This document shows positions 24,051-37,955 of a stretch of 64,000 nt of DNA, piece after piece. The stretch comes from Podarcis bocagei. Its lineage: Eukaryota. The notes below the pieces were generated by a model that was given only the letters and a program-made list of their open reading frames with translations, had not been told where the DNA came from and ran no database searches. The DNA is taken from the NCBI GenBank assembly GCA_964188305.1, contig OZ076886.1, one strand, 5' to 3'. How positions within the stretch are numbered: position 1 is the stretch's first letter; every line of letters begins with the position of its first letter. Position numbers and translations under genes: made by a program.

Positions 24051-24255
24051 CTACAAAAACAGAGGGAGGAAAGGAGTTTTGATCATTTTTATCATGAGTT
24101 GGATGCATCAGCAAGTGAAAGACTAATCCTTAATTTGTATGTTGTTATCCCCTTAAAAAGAACCCTTTATTGAGACAATAGACAGAAGTTTAAAAATGTT
24201 TACAACCAAGTCTGTTTCTATTGGGAATTAAAAAACAAAAAACTTTGCCTAAGGC

Positions 24256-24389
24256 AGGGGTAGCCAACGTGGAGCCCACCAGATGTTGGATTAAAATTCC
24301 AATCTTCCCTGACCACTGGCCAGAGTAGCAGGTACTGATGGCAGCTATGAGTCTACCAACATCTGAAGGCCAGCGTGTTGACTACTCTG
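24256..24389. mobile_element. Old hAT-like MITE
   Basis: Ends caggggtagccaac / gttgactactc; internal ccagatgttgg/ccaacatctg symmetry. Confidence 0.55.
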
Positions 24390-25819
24390 ACAAAGTCTTG
24401 GAAAAGTGCTGCAGATAGACGGTACTGAGCTAGAGGAACCAAGGGGCTGACTCAGTATACACCACTTTCATATGCTAAGATCAAGAATGTTTTTTAAAAA
24501 TAGATGTCAGTTGTGCAGATGTTCTGGAGAACAGACAAAGAGATGATCAGGTAAATAAGGCAAGGCCAACACAGCAAGTCAAATGCAGCCTGCCAATTAC
24601 AGTAGTTCTGTACACTGATTGTCAAGACAGTATGTGAGCCCACCGCAAATTAATTCTTGGCCTCAGTTGTTCTACTATCCTAAAGACAATAGCATGTTCT
24701 ACAACTCACCTTCATGCCTCTTACCTTAAGCTGCTCACTATTGGTAATACTTCTCTACATGGGACCTACAGATTTGCAGTCTTTTAAGAATGCAACCTTT
24801 GTGGCTTCTCAAGAAAATCCAGTAAGTGTGACAGAAATTATTCTAATTAAATATTTTCCCAATACAGGTTCATTCTATCTCCTGCCCCCCCTTTAAAGCC
24901 CTACTTCATTATTATTTTTAAAAATCTGGATGATAGTTTTTAATTGCACATAAGCAAAGGCAAATTCCATTGTTCAAGTTAATTAAACTAGATAAAAGAT
25001 ACTGAAATTGGGGAGCAGAAAAAGCTTTGGGGAAAAACACGATTTCACTAAAGAAGGGGTGTTGGAGATTTGGGGAATATGCTATTTAGTTCTACTTACA
25101 AGAACATGTGAGGACACATGATCCCAGGAGGCCAGGCTGTAACTCAATCATGCAGCTTTTGCGCTACTCTAAGCTGTGTGAGCAGAACCCAGGGAGTGGA
25201 CGCTTTCCTCATTACTGCCCTGAAATAAACTACCTGTGGTGATTATTATGTCTGCTGACTGAATAACAACCCCAAATCACTTAATCTGCTTAGCGCCTTA
25301 TAGCTTTCACTTTAACAGCCGCAGCCATTCTCAAGGAGCCAAGAAAGGTTAAGACTAATTACTAGCAAGATCTAATGGGAATAATAACCATTTCATACTA
25401 CAAACGTGGCCATTGCTCAAAAGAGAAGGGAAAAGCTCAGGGCACCGTGTTAAAGGCAAACACTATTCCAGTATCTTTCCTTGATCAGAGTTATGTGACC
25501 CATTAATATGTTGCTTACTTAACACAACAAAACCTTAGAGATACTAACTGAAATTCTACTTGGTGCTCTTTCACAGATTAGCAAGTAAGTCTATAGGGTA
25601 GGTGGACTGTGCAATACCTAAAGAGTTCCAACATGCCAGTCCCTCAGCAAGCTCACAAAATAGAAGCTCTGTGGCCATCTTGTTGTGGACTCTTTGTCAC
25701 CATTTTGTGAGTCATTTTGGACTCAAAGCTGTCCATGGAGGCTCAGGTCGATTCTTATGTCCAGGGCAGCTGTCTATCAGCTCTACCTGGTATGCCAGCT
25801 AAGACCCTACCTGCCAGCA

Positions 25820-26347
25820 GACTGACTCACCAGAGTGGTGCATGCTCTGGTTATCTCTTGCTTGGACTGCATGGGGCTACCTTTGAAGGTGACCCAGAAA
25901 CTACCACTAATCCAGAATGCAGCAGCTAGACTGGTGACTGGGAGTGGCCACTGGGACCATATAACACCAGTCCTAAAGGATCTTCATTGGCTCTCAGTGT
26001 GTTTCTGAGCAAAATTCAATGTGTTGGTGCTGACCTTTAAAGCCCTAAACGGCCTCGGCCCAGTATACCTGAAGGAGCGTCTTCACCCCCATCATTCAGC
26101 CCAGACACTGGACTTCTGCTGCAAGAAGCAAGGTTACAGGGAACCAGGCAGAGGGCCTTCTTGGTTGTGGCACCCTCCCTGTGAAACACCCTCCCTTCAG
26201 ATGTCAAGGAAATAAACAACTGACTTTTAGAAGACATCTAAAGGCAGCCCTGTATCGAGAAGTTTTTAATGTTTGATATTTTAGTATGTTCTGATATGTG
26301 CTGTGAGCCACCCAGAGTGGCTGGAGAAATCCAGCCAGATGGGTGGG

Positions 26348-26400
<53 letters not shown>
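25820..26400 (+). mobile_element. L2-clade LINE 3' fragment with (AAT)n tail
   Basis: Decayed ORF2 end LIQNAAARLVTG..HITPVLKDLHWL..VLVLTFKALNGLGPVYLKERL; (AAT)n at about 26349-26400; related tail pieces at about 44040-44210, 57030-57135 and 57745-57910 (minus). Confidence 0.85.
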
Positions 26401-26992
26401 GTTGTTGTTATATAAGCAGCAATCCTAATGCCACACTACTTTAAAAAGAGTCACTGACAACAGGATGGTTGTCTGAATCCACCTAGAGTGTGGCGTCTAC
26501 ATACAGATTTGATGCTGCTGCTTGATTAAGATTTTAGAATCCTTTGCACTCATAAACTGTGTACCGTTTTGTTGTGCTAAATGGAAAGCAATATATAAAA
26601 CATTTCCATAAAAGAAAGAAATAACTAAGTTGCAGTGTCAACTATTTCTCTTTCAATTAGAAACAGGTGTGCCAGAAGCAGCCTGTTTGCATCTAAGTTG
26701 TTGCTTTTATGTTTGACCAACTCCTCTCCCACTTTCAAGAACATATTGTAGCTTATGGATACCAAACACATTAAATGTATCTTCTTTCTGGACACACATT
26801 AATAACAAAATTTCACCTCCACTAATGTCTCCACCTATGATGGTTAGTATATCTAAAAAGGTTTTTTTATTTTTACATTTGTTCCTTGCTTTATAGGTTG
26901 TTTTATTTTAAAAGTATTGTTAAATAAAATCAGTTTTCAAAGGGGGGAAATAATTTGGCTGAATGTGAGGAAGTGGGCAATAATCACTCTAC

Positions 26993-27528
26993 CTTGGTCT
27001 AGATGTTTGACACCAGTCTTAGATTCTTCCAGTCTGTACTTCCTGCCACTTGCAGTGTTTAGACTAAGTTCAGAAAGACCACTGTTTATGTCAGTATCTT
27101 CAAAATCCATTTGACCCGTGAAGGTATCGCCTGTGAAGAATGGGTCCATCACTAGTGGTGAACAAGGTGGAGAGGGAGAAGAGAGAGATGACCTTGGAGA
27201 CAAAGAAGTCAATGATTTTGGTGTCCCAGATAAGGATCTCAGGGCCTGAAAACGGTTAGCAACATCAGTTTTCTGAGTTTTCACCACCTCATTCTCATGG
27301 ATAGTAGTGATGCAGCCTGAAGGCCGAAAACCAGTGGCTTTCTCCAGAAGCAACATGTCCATTTTGCTCTGGTAGTCAGAGTCCAGCTGCTCAAACTGTT
27401 CATTGTACAGATCAGTAAAGCTGGCTGAGGTTGAAGAATCCTGGCTTGAGGTGACCAGAGATCCCCTGCTGGATGCAAGAGAGCCGGGACTGCTGCCAGA
27501 AGACAGGGAAAGCATGCTAGATGACAGG
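26993..27528 (-). CDS. WWC1: WWC1 exon 11 (largest exon, Ser-rich)
   Basis: tgcag|C CTG...G|gtaga, 536 nt; [24 protein letters not shown]...[15 protein letters not shown]...[17 protein letters not shown]. Confidence 0.98.
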
Positions 27529-28463
27529 CTGCAAAAAAGAGAGAACAATATAACTGAGATGAAAGGTGCAACGAAGAGTGTGGTATAGCAGCTGGAGTGT
27601 CCTAACTAGTACCAGGGAGACCTAGGTTCAAATTCCCACCCAGCCACAGTTTGTAAGTCTAAGCCATTAATGGGGTTGTTGTGCAGGATACGGAGAGACA
27701 TTACCTTGAGCAGGACATAAATTGAGTGAAGAGACAACAAACTCTTAAGTCTTAATTAAACAGACTCTGGAACTTTGTGTGCTGGGAAATCCATCAGATT
27801 CCCACTTCTTGATGACCTTCCATTGTCATGCAAAAACCCATCTTGTTCCTATGAATATATATGATAACCCAAACACACTCTCTCTCTCTCTCCCCCCCCC
27901 TCTCTCTCTGTGTGTGTGTTGATGCTTCATTTTGTTTGAATAATATTTAAGACGAGGAAAAAATTATTTAAAAGCAATTATCAACTGCTTCCTATTTTTA
28001 AAAAACAGCCTAAATGCAATCAAAAAGCAAGATAGAATAGCAAGTAAATGAAATAAATACAGATGAATTTTGTATAACAGTACCTGCTAGGTGCATGCAA
28101 TAAGATCCTAGCCCCATATTGTGTTGATATCTAAATTGTACAGGAGGAGACATGTTGCTGTATTGTGCCCCACAGCCACACATCAGCTCCCTGCATCTCC
28201 AGTTGCATCTCCTTATAGTAGTTACTGGGTTGTCATGGGGTTGAGACATATATTGCAAACCAAATTCAGCTTTTCTGCACCAAAGCAAAAAGCATCTGCT
28301 CATGCTAATGTTCAGGGGGTTATAATTTTGGGCGGGTTCAAAACACTGGGGAAACTGGATGAAGTTTTTTCTCCTTTTCCTAATACTGCAGTGCAAGGTC
28401 ACTTAAGGAAGATCAAACAGATAAAGGATTTTTCCACACAATACACAAATAATCTATGGAACT

Positions 28464-28799
28464 AAAAAAATTCCTTCCAGTAGCACCTTAAAGACCAACT
28501 AAGTTAGTTCTTGGTATGAGCTTTCGTGTGCATGCACACTTCTTCAGATACACTGAAACAGAAGTTGCCAGATCCTTCTATATAGTGAGAAGGTGGGGAG
28601 GGGTATTACTCAGAAGGGTGGTGGGAATGGGAGATTGGCAGATAGCTGAGATGAGCCTGTTGACGACTCTTAACGACTGTAATAGGTCTTACAGGAAAAG
28701 GCAAGGGGTGAGAAGGTGAAAAATGGCTTAGTCATGTATAATGAGATAAGAATCCAATGTCTCTGTTCAGACCAGGTCTATCCATGGTTTTAAGTTTGG
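28464..28799 (-). mobile_element. Penelope-like element 3' fragment, nested in an old CR1-like 3' end
   Basis: Minus strand encodes KLKTMDRPGLNRDIGFLSHYT* (PLE GIY-YIG C-terminus); 13-bp TSD aatctatggaact (28451-28463 / 28800-28812). Confidence 0.85.
28514..28551 (-). ncRNA. Minimal type I hammerhead ribozyme motif (PLE-associated)
   Basis: GUAU-CUGAAGA-A-GUGUG CAUG CACAC-GAAA-GC-UC-AUAC. Confidence 0.7.
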
Positions 28800-29331
28800 A
28801 ATCTATGGAACTGACAGTTCAGGGTATAGTGATCACTACTTTAAATAGCTTTAAAAGGGGGCAGACAGATTAACGGAACTATCAATGGCTATTAGTAATG
28901 ATGGGTTAATGGAACGCCTATGGTAAAAGTCTATATGCCTCTGAATACCAGTCGCTAAGGGTTTAAAAAAATAAGAGGTCTGTTTCATTTATGCCCTGCT
29001 TGTGAGATTCGCAAGCCCAGCAGTGGGCCATTGATGGGAAAAGGACACTGAGCTAGGTGAATCACAATAACCAATTCATCAGGACTCTTCTTTATGTTAT
29101 TACTTGTATTTCAAGTAAAGAGCAATGTTTGAAAACACCATTTTGCAACACTATTTCAATCCCAAAGTTAACACAGCAGCAGATGGTACAAAGAAGTGGT
29201 GCTGTTTTATGATTGGCAGCAAGTCCGTTTTCAAACCAGTTTTGGAAACATGTTTCCCATAAGACAGAATTGTAGGAGTATACAGCCGATATTCATGTGA
29301 AGTATGTGTAAGAAGCCTGTGGGAAACTTAC

Positions 29332-29421
29332 TTTTTCAGCTGGATGTGCAACATTGCCATTAATCGTGTTGTTTCCTCTAGTTCTCGGACCAACTGGTTT
29401 CTTTTACTATTTAATTTCAAT
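29332..29421 (-). CDS. WWC1: WWC1 exon 10
   Basis: tgcag|A TTG...AA|gtaag, 90 nt; [29 protein letters not shown]. Confidence 0.96.
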
Positions 29422-30842
29422 CTGCAAACAGGGGAAAAAACAGCTTAAAATGCAACTCAAAGCATTATCCTATTAAGGGGCCATAGTAAGCCCTTCCAAT
29501 GCAATGTCCTGAAGATGGGAAAGGTATCATCTCCAAATCCCTGTCTATAGCAGCATTTTGTTAAAGCAGCATTTTGTTCTTAATATTCACATTCAACTTC
29601 ACATCAAAAGCTTCTTGCTACATAACATTTTAAAAGCAATTATAGTGTAACGTCAAATAGATCAGAATAGGAATAATGGGTGTCACCCGAAGAAACTTCC
29701 TATCTATATAACTATTCCTTTATTACTATTTTTAATTTCTGAAATTCACAATTCTTCGGCATCTTGCACTTCAGATGCATCTTGCACTTCTGGCTTCACA
29801 CTTTCAGGTGCAGTTTAAGATTTGTTGGTTGTAGAGAACTTTAAGGCAGTTTTGAAAAATAAAAAGTATCACCAGCCATGTTAGTTTTGCGTATAGAAGG
29901 CACCTGACCTTCTCTACATTATTCGTCTTTGCAAAAGGTATGCAAACTATTCAGGAAGAAAAAAAAGATCTGTTACATAAGCAAGATTAGTGTTTCCTGG
30001 CAGGGACCCAAAAATATGTAAGGTGTTTCAGGAGGATTGTCTCTCACTTCCTTATGTGAACAGACTGAATACAAGAGTTGTTTTAAAGAGAACACTTAAT
30101 AATATTTCTTGGAGATGAGAGAATAGGTCAGACAATTTCAAAAAGCTAAGAAAAAATAAGTTTTTTCCATTGTGAATGAACGTTAAAACCTGTCACATCT
30201 AAGGTACATTAAAGCCACGCTGTATTATTATTCGACAGAAAGGAGAACAAGGGTCACCTTGAGATTTGAGCTTGCCAGAGGCAGGGGTGGGGAGCAGAGA
30301 ATGCTCCAGCATTAAGTGAGTGTAAAAATGTAGAACCTTGCTGTTGCACACTCAGTTCTTAGAAGGACCTGTTCATGCTAAAAACATTAAAAGAACCCAG
30401 ACTTGAGGTCTTGTTTCACAATGGCAAGCACCCCACAATGACAAGCACTTGTTTCACAATGACAAGACTGTTCCTCAGAACTCTGCACGACTTTTAGAGG
30501 ATTCAAGGGGCATACATTTACTGGTAGTTCACATGGGAAAACAGCCAAACTACAAGCAGTGCAGCACCACAAGTGCATCTGAAATTCTTTATAATATACC
30601 CCACCACTATTTGTCTAGAACATATCCCTTTTTTGGCTGTTAGGAGCTGCCATAATGGTGTGGGTTGAGGAGACTAAGTCAGAGGTGGAACAAATTCTTA
30701 CAAGAGTGGAAAGACTGAAGAGAGAACAAAGGAGTGAGAGACTCAGGAGATTATCGAGATGAAGGGAGAAGCAACCCGGAACACCGGAAGCTGCTTTATA
30801 TAGAGTCAGACATTGGTCCAGCTAGCTCAGTACAATACTGGT

Positions 30843-31287
30843 TGTCAGGAGCTCATCCTACTCTCGAGTAGGACCCTGGCAGAGACACATGCCCAACTGG
30901 CATGTTCCCTCCCTCCTGGTCGATTGTTCGGGAGCTTCAAAAGCTTTCTTCTGCCCGAACATCACAGCGACCGATGCCAACAGACATCGGCACACTTAGG
31001 GATCCGCGGAGTCTTCGCAGCTTGTGTAACAGACCTCAGCAACTCAGCATTTTGGCTAATCTACTTTATTTACATATAAACACAAACAGAGCACTGCAAC
31101 ATGACTCCCTCTCTCTCTAGCATCAGACAGCAAAGAGAAAAAACAAAGGACAATAGTCCCACTTCATGGAACACAGCAACACAAACATGCTGTCTCCGTC
31201 ACTTCCCACTCTGTGGAGTCAAAACATACACCATCATGTGATAGACAAAAATCCCATGACTGCAATCACGGAGCAGGAATTCTAACA
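30843..31287 (-). mobile_element. Probable solo LTR nested in an old SINE
   Basis: TGTCAGGA...TTCTAACA ends; minus-strand AATAAA at 31065-31070; interrupts a SINE-like sequence; TSD not clean. Confidence 0.55.
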
Positions 31288-33369
31288 CTGTCTGCACTGA
31301 CTGGCAGCAGCTATCCAAGGTTTCAGTCAGGGGACATTCACTGCCCTACTTGCAGATGGCTCAGGATTAACCCTGGACCTCTTGCATGCAAAGCATAGGT
31401 GTACATCAATGAGCCATGACCTTTCCCCACTGAGAGAAGACTGAGAACAGAAAGCAGGAGCTTAATATGTTCCTTACACGCTGACTAAAATTGTACACCT
31501 ATCTGAGTTCCTTCCCTTTCCCATCCACCTATTTAAACACATTCTACTTTATATTCTACTGTATCCAGTTGCCCATTAGTTGGTTCTTTCCCCTACCTCT
31601 TTTCAAGAAACATGGGGACTGTAAGGCTGGAGGCACCACATGTTTTTTTAGGACTCTAGCCTTCTTCACCCTCACAGTTCCCTCCACAACAAGGGGCTAC
31701 TACACTGTTGGGATAGCAATAAATCCCACTAAAGAGTTGCAGCAGAGGCTGGTCGTACAGTGGAGCTCTATAGCATCTAGAAGAAACTACCCTATTGCTT
31801 CTATGACAGTTTCTATTGTTGATGCGGAACCAGAGGAAAGCCTGTCACCACACAAATACCTTGGAACAGCCTTCCCCTCCCGTGAAAGGAAGCATGAAGC
31901 TTGCTAGAAAACCTTAATTTCTGGATACTGCTTAATTTTAAATAAAACCATTAAGCAGGGTGAGCCTGCTATAGGAGTTTGTTGGTCCCTAGAAGATAAT
32001 TCAGAATCCACTCAATGCCTTTAGTGGTCTCTTCAATTTTGGGAGGTAACTGTGATGCTGTACCACCCACACAACATTCTACTAATATAAGAACAGTTGT
32101 TGGAAATTATTTTTTAAAAAGTTTGACTTTTAAAAAGGCCCTGAGATCTGTAGAACTATTCAGGATAGATTCAATCAGAGATTTCTCATGTTCTTTTTGA
32201 ACGCTATCTATTAAAGCAGCCTGAGTGGGAACAAAGTTCCCCAACCATCAATCAATTCAGCAGTTGCCCTATAAGAATAGGTATATTGGAAGGAAGAATA
32301 ATAGGAAAAATATTAATGATTTTAAAAAAATTAAGGGGAGTAAAACATGGAGCACAGTACACACCTCACCCAAATGTATTAAATAGTCCCAGCGGAAGAT
32401 GCGTGTAGCAGAATGTTTGAGAAAATGGCCGTCTGTAACTAAGCAGCACCACCTCAATAAGCATCAAGTGGTATTTTTAGAAAAAGAGTTGTGTGTGTCC
32501 CTCTTTCTCATCTAGACAGCATTCGAATAGCTGGAGGGCAGCAGGAGATGAATAAATATCACATGCACTTAGGATTCTTGAATTTTTCAGATGTCAGGAG
32601 GTTTTAAACCCCACAAACACGTTTTTAGTTCATTTGTGTGGGATGGCTGTTAGTTATGCACAAAAAGAAGCCTATAAAATCATGCACAAAAAATAAAATA
32701 AGATAAAGGACAGCATGTTCAAGTCATTTTTAGCGAGAAAAGCCTGACTGTCAGAAACATCATTGCAGGCTCAAAGTACTATCCACCCACACACCAAGTC
32801 TAAAGAATGGCAATTACAGAGAGGCTTTTCACCTTGTTACTACTGCACCTTCCCATGGGGCTTAATCTATAGCTGAAATGGTGATGCAGTCTCACAAGAT
32901 CCAGTCACCAAATATAATTCTTTTACTAACCAAATGAATTAAAGGAGACAGAGTGTGAAAAGCGGCAGCTTTTACGTGCTTGATAGTCTTGTTGTCAACC
33001 TGCATCCCTCCCAAAACTTTAGTTCCTATGGGGATAACATTTAAAAGAAACATTTGAGTTTAAATATAGCTACAATTCTAATGTTTCTTTGGAGATGTGA
33101 GCCTTGCTTCTGCCTAAATCCAAGTAAGACAGCACGAGAAAGCCCCATTTCCATATCAATTTCCGTGTTTATTGGGGGTACTGATGTTGAATGCAGGAGC
33201 TGAACACATCAACTTTATAGAGATTCACATCATGAGATGACACTTTTTGCCTGCTCATTCCAAGGTTGAAACAAATGTCAGGAAGAATGTCACTTATGTC
33301 AACAGATATCTTAAGTGACTAGAGACCAGAACCAAGATTGTGGCTGGTAAACCCCAGGTTTTAGTATTC

Positions 33370-33660
33370 TCACTCTCTTGTAATATTAGAACTTGGGATC
33401 ATATGAAGTCAAATACAAGAAAACATGGAACAGACAAATAGAACTTATTCACACCACACATAATTAAACTGTGGAATTTGCTGTCAAATGATACTGTATT
33501 GGCCACCAACTTAAGCAACTTTAAAAAGGAGGTTAAGACAAACTCATGAAAGAGAAGGCTATCACTGGATACTAGTCATTATGGAAGTACTTCCACTGCC
33601 AGAGGCCTTTGAATACCAGTTGTTGGGAACCAGCACTCAAGTCCTGCACTCAGGTCCTGC
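33370..33660 (+). mobile_element. Degenerate CR1-like LINE 3' fragment
   Basis: ttcacaccacacataattaaactgtggaatttgctg...ctttaaaagg motif, also seen near 28430-28900. Confidence 0.5.
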
Positions 33661-34374
33661 CTGAAGGTTCACATAGGCCAGGGGTGGAGACCTCTAGCTC
33701 ACAACCAAGTGAGATGAATAGTCAACCCAACAAGAAAAACGCCACAGAAAGGAGACCAAAAGTGGCAGTTAATTGATGCAGGTGAGTCACAGAGGAAGCC
33801 TCCATTCTCGTTAGACCTTCTCCTGTGAAGCGGCAAGGCGGCAGCAAAGAGCCTAGACCAAGTCGTGGAGGAAGAGTCATGAGAGGCCAGGACACCTTCT
33901 CAGCAACAGTCCCACTCATGGAAGAAGGCTTAAAGGGTGTCTTCAGCAAGGTGGTCAGTGGCAACAGCAGCAGCAGAGAAGGACGACTGTTGAGGAGTTG
34001 CCCCAGCCTTTCATGACTCATCCTCTGCAGCTTGCCTGCATCATCCCCTCTGAAGCTGCTTCAATGGTCCAGCAGCTCACTCAGGGCTGTTAACACACTG
34101 TAGTTTGCAACATCACCTGCCTGTGGCTAAGTGAATTGCAGTGCGATGACATTCTTACATTTTTATTATAGGTATAGATAAAGTAAACAAAACAAAAGAC
34201 TGTAACAAATGCAATTAAATTACACTCAGATGCAAGCACCTGTAACAGTTTTATTAGATGCTGCAAGCACCTGTAACAGTTTTATTAGATGCAAGTGTCT
34301 GTAATGAGTTTTCTAGTCCACAAGAACAGAAGAAAATAATTACTATTTAAACAAAGTAAAAATGTTAAATGTAC

Positions 34375-34617
34375 CTTTCTGTTAAAGCTTTACTTTGCGT
34401 ATCTCTTGCAGTTTGAAGATCTTCTTCTAGACGTTTTCTTTCCATCTCCAGTCTTTCCACTTCACCCTGAGTCCACTTCCTAGGGCTAATGAACCTCATT
34501 TCCTTTAGAAGTTCCTCCTTCTCATTGATTAACATTAATCGGTCTCGTTCAGAATCCAGCACACCAGGCCAGGCCTCACTATCCAATTTAGCCAACTGTA
34601 TTTTCAAATTTGCTATT
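34375..34617 (-). CDS. WWC1: WWC1 exon 9
   Basis: tatag|A ATA...AG|gtaca, 243 nt; [54 protein letters not shown]...KALTE. Confidence 0.98.
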
Positions 34618-36522
34618 CTATAGGACGAAGGAAAACAATTAAGTTTGCACATGGCACATATTTTCCAGCAATCTCAGAAAAACCTTTCTGTTGGGCTCCC
34701 TTGCATATTCAACTAGAGCAGTACTGAACACCACAATTTATCAGATCTCACCAATCATATATAAATTGTGTCCTAATCTAGTGACATAAGATGGCATGTC
34801 AAAGCACAGAACCCATTATTTCAGGACACTTATTTTTTTAAAGAAGAAATGATTGAGCTTGTTCCCATAGCAGGGAAGTTGCTGCTTAATTAATTTAAAT
34901 TCTATAATTAATAGAAATCCATTCAAGCTGCACTGAAGCCTTCTTTGCAGCCATTTTAATGTTCAGCTGCCTGGTTAAGCCCAACATTGTGCTCCACTGA
35001 TGAATTAGCATTGGCATTAGTTCCTAATCTGTGAATTCCACTGTGAATTTATAAAGAGTGTGTTCTAAGAGGATTGCTCAACTGTAATTTGATAACTTCT
35101 GTCAACTATCAGCATGGATATGGTAAGAGGTCAGATTTGTTCTTAAGGTGGAATGCTTTCCACCTTCAAAAATAAAACAGCATTCTATGCATCCTACACA
35201 GTAGGGGAGGAAGGGAAAGGAGAATGTTAGCTGCTTTGAGACTCCTTTGGGTAGTAATAAAGCGGGATATCAAATCCAAACTCTTCTTCTTCTTCTTATG
35301 AAAGTAAACAAGCCATCTTATAAATCTGGCATCATTCTCTCCCTCTAATTTTCACTTTGCAATTTTCACTTGAAAGAAAGCCATGATTCCACCTGTTCAG
35401 GATTCACTGATAGGGAATTTTAGCTTAATCAATAATAGCTTGTAACACTCATATCAGCATTACCAGGAAGTTTTGTCAATGGGGATTTTGTCAATGGGGA
35501 TTGTAGGATGTCAGGCACCAAATCAATTTTTGTTCCTATAGCTTATAACAAATGAAGGAAAAGACAGTTCAGTCTTTTACTTAAGTTTGCTTAAATAAAA
35601 ATCAGACTGCACAGTTTCATATGCAAGGTTCTTTATCATTTGCATTATGCCAGTCCTTGCTATTTTCATTCTTATTGCATTGTTACTACAATTTAAAGGA
35701 TTGGGAATTGAAGCTCAGAGAGAGCGATAGGCAGAGTCTGATTTCCTAGATTTAGACCAATGACTTGCAGCTGAACAATATTGGTTCTCAACCATTTTTA
35801 CTCTAATTAATGAAATATGGGAATCTGACATCATCAGAAAAGGAAAGCAAACAGTGCTTTAGCTTAACCAAACATTTCAGTGGGACCAAACCTTATCTGA
35901 ATCCACTACAGATGTAACATGACATTTCATAAATAAATAAATAAAATTTAAAAATGGATGCACATCTCAGGAGTCTTAAACTGAATTCATACTCTTAAAA
36001 TAAATTTCTTATTCATTACTAAAGTAACTGGAATTTAATTGAAGAGGCACATGGTATCTGAATCAGGAGTACGTTTTTTGTGGAAAGAAGACTCAGAAAA
36101 TGCCCTCACAAAGTCCCTTGTTTTAAAATAGTGTTAAGCATGTCCTGTTGGCTTGGGGTTTTTTTATGCTCTGTGGTTCTATACCTTTGTTTAATTTTAA
36201 TAATACAAGCCAACTTTGAGACTTAAAACTAGTGATCAGTCTTTGACAAACAAACACTATATAAAAACTTTGCAACAACTGTAATACAAGTTTATACAAT
36301 CATCAGTTATTCTGATCCAAAAGCACATTAGTTCCACATGAAAAGAAAAAGTACTCCAAGAAATATTTGACAGAAGTCTGTCTGTAAAGAAAAAAAATCA
36401 TCCTCATGTTATGTTCTAAATGTGCACCCTTTAAACATACTTGTCCTCTTAAAAAACAGCTGTTTGTCTGCACTATGGATTTAGTGCTTATTGTCAATAG
36501 TAGTAGGGGAAAGTCCACTTAC

Positions 36523-36596
36523 TTTCGCTTAGCATCTTCATAATGGAGGCGCAGTCTCACCTTCTCAGCCAATTGATTATTCGTGTTCACAATAAA
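36523..36596 (-). CDS. WWC1: WWC1 exon 8
   Basis: tttag|TTT...AA|gtaag, 74 nt; FIVNTNNQLAEKVRLRLHYEDAKR. Confidence 0.96.
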
Positions 36597-36817
36597 CTAA
36601 AGAAGCAAATAGTAAAGTTAAAGGGTGTTGACACATCTTCCCCTTTGTAGATTAAACATGTTGACATGAGTCAGAGCCAAAGCCAAAGCTAAACATATGC
36701 ATCCAAAGATTAAGAAATAACATATATGCTATAAATCTCTTCCATAAAATGTTACAAAGCAGTGGTTCAAACACTAGGTCCCCACAAAACATTATTTAAT
36801 AGCTAAGATGGGATGGT

Positions 36818-37161
36818 GGGACGTGGGTGGCGCTGTGGGTTAAACCACAGAGCCTAGGACTTGCAGATCAGAAGGTCAGCGGTTCAAATCCCCATGATGG
36901 GGTGAGCTCCCGTTGCTCAGTCCCAGCTCCTGCCCACCTAGCAGTTTGAAAGCACGTCAAAGTGCAAGTAGATAAATAGGTAGGAAGGTAAACGGCGTTT
37001 CCGTGCGCTGCTCTGGTTCGCCAGAAACGGCTTAGTCCTGCTAGCCACATGACCCGGAAGCTGTACGCCGGCTCCCTCGGCCAATAAAGCAAGAAGAGCG
37101 CCGCAACCCCAGAGTCGGTCACGACTGGACCTAATGGTCAGGGGTCCCTTTACCTTTACCT
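36818..37161 (+). mobile_element. Sauria SINE with TSD
   Basis: Head to (ACCTTT)n tail; 11-bp TSD taagatgggat (36804-36814 / 37162-37172). Confidence 0.93.
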
Positions 37162-37216
37162 TAAGATGGGATACAAGACTAAGGGAAGCCTGCACAGTAT
37201 TTTAGATTTTACATAC

Positions 37217-37363
37217 ATTTCCAGAAACATCAGTTTGGGAACCAGCATCGAGATACTGCTTAGACAATGGGAAACTGGAGTCTTCCAAGGATATATTGCT
37301 GGCCCACAAGTCTGATTGTGATCCTCTGTCTGTCACAAAATTAGCTGTCAACCTGGCAAGGTT
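37217..37363 (-). CDS. WWC1: WWC1 exon 7 (dynein light chain motif GSQTD)
   Basis: tccag|AAC...AAT|gtatg, 147 nt; [49 protein letters not shown]. Confidence 0.96.
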
Positions 37364-37955
37364 CTGGAACAATAAAAAATCAAAGTCATCTTATTGTTGC
37401 CTCACTGCTGCCCTGGTGCTTTGAAGGAGAAATTTAAGACTGAATAGACACTGTGAGGGGGATATCAGTCCCTTATCAACTGATGGTCTGGTTCACCAAT
37501 AACTCTATCTAAACCATGGTTAACATTAACTATTAATGAACTGAAGTGTCTGGTAGAAGACTACCTGGTTTATTGTGTCACAGAGTAGCTAAAAGCACCA
37601 GCAAAAGTTGCTGAGCCTTGACAACAGTCTGAATATTTTGGTGCTCTTCACTCATGGTTCTTTAGCTTTTGGGTGATGATGGCTCCTTAACAATGGTTAA
37701 GGAGGAGGTTTGGATTCACACACAACACAAAGCAATAGTTAAGGTTCTCTAAGGTTTATAGACTAACTACAAATCTTGTTGAATGAGCAACATTTTGAAT
37801 ATAGTTAATAAAGCACAAGTAAGCTACTGAATTGGGTTCACATGTAATGCTAACTCAGTGTTTAATAAATCATATATTAATAAACAATTATTAAGATTAT
37901 GTGCAAATTAGGACAATGTGAAAAGGCACAGGCCCAGTTACATGTCACATTAAAT

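Noticed and set aside
34231-34292. 31-bp tandem duplication near exon 9 (similar short ones at about 29760 and 35470)
   Set aside because: Ordinary slippage duplications with no spacers or sign of function; not CRISPR-like.
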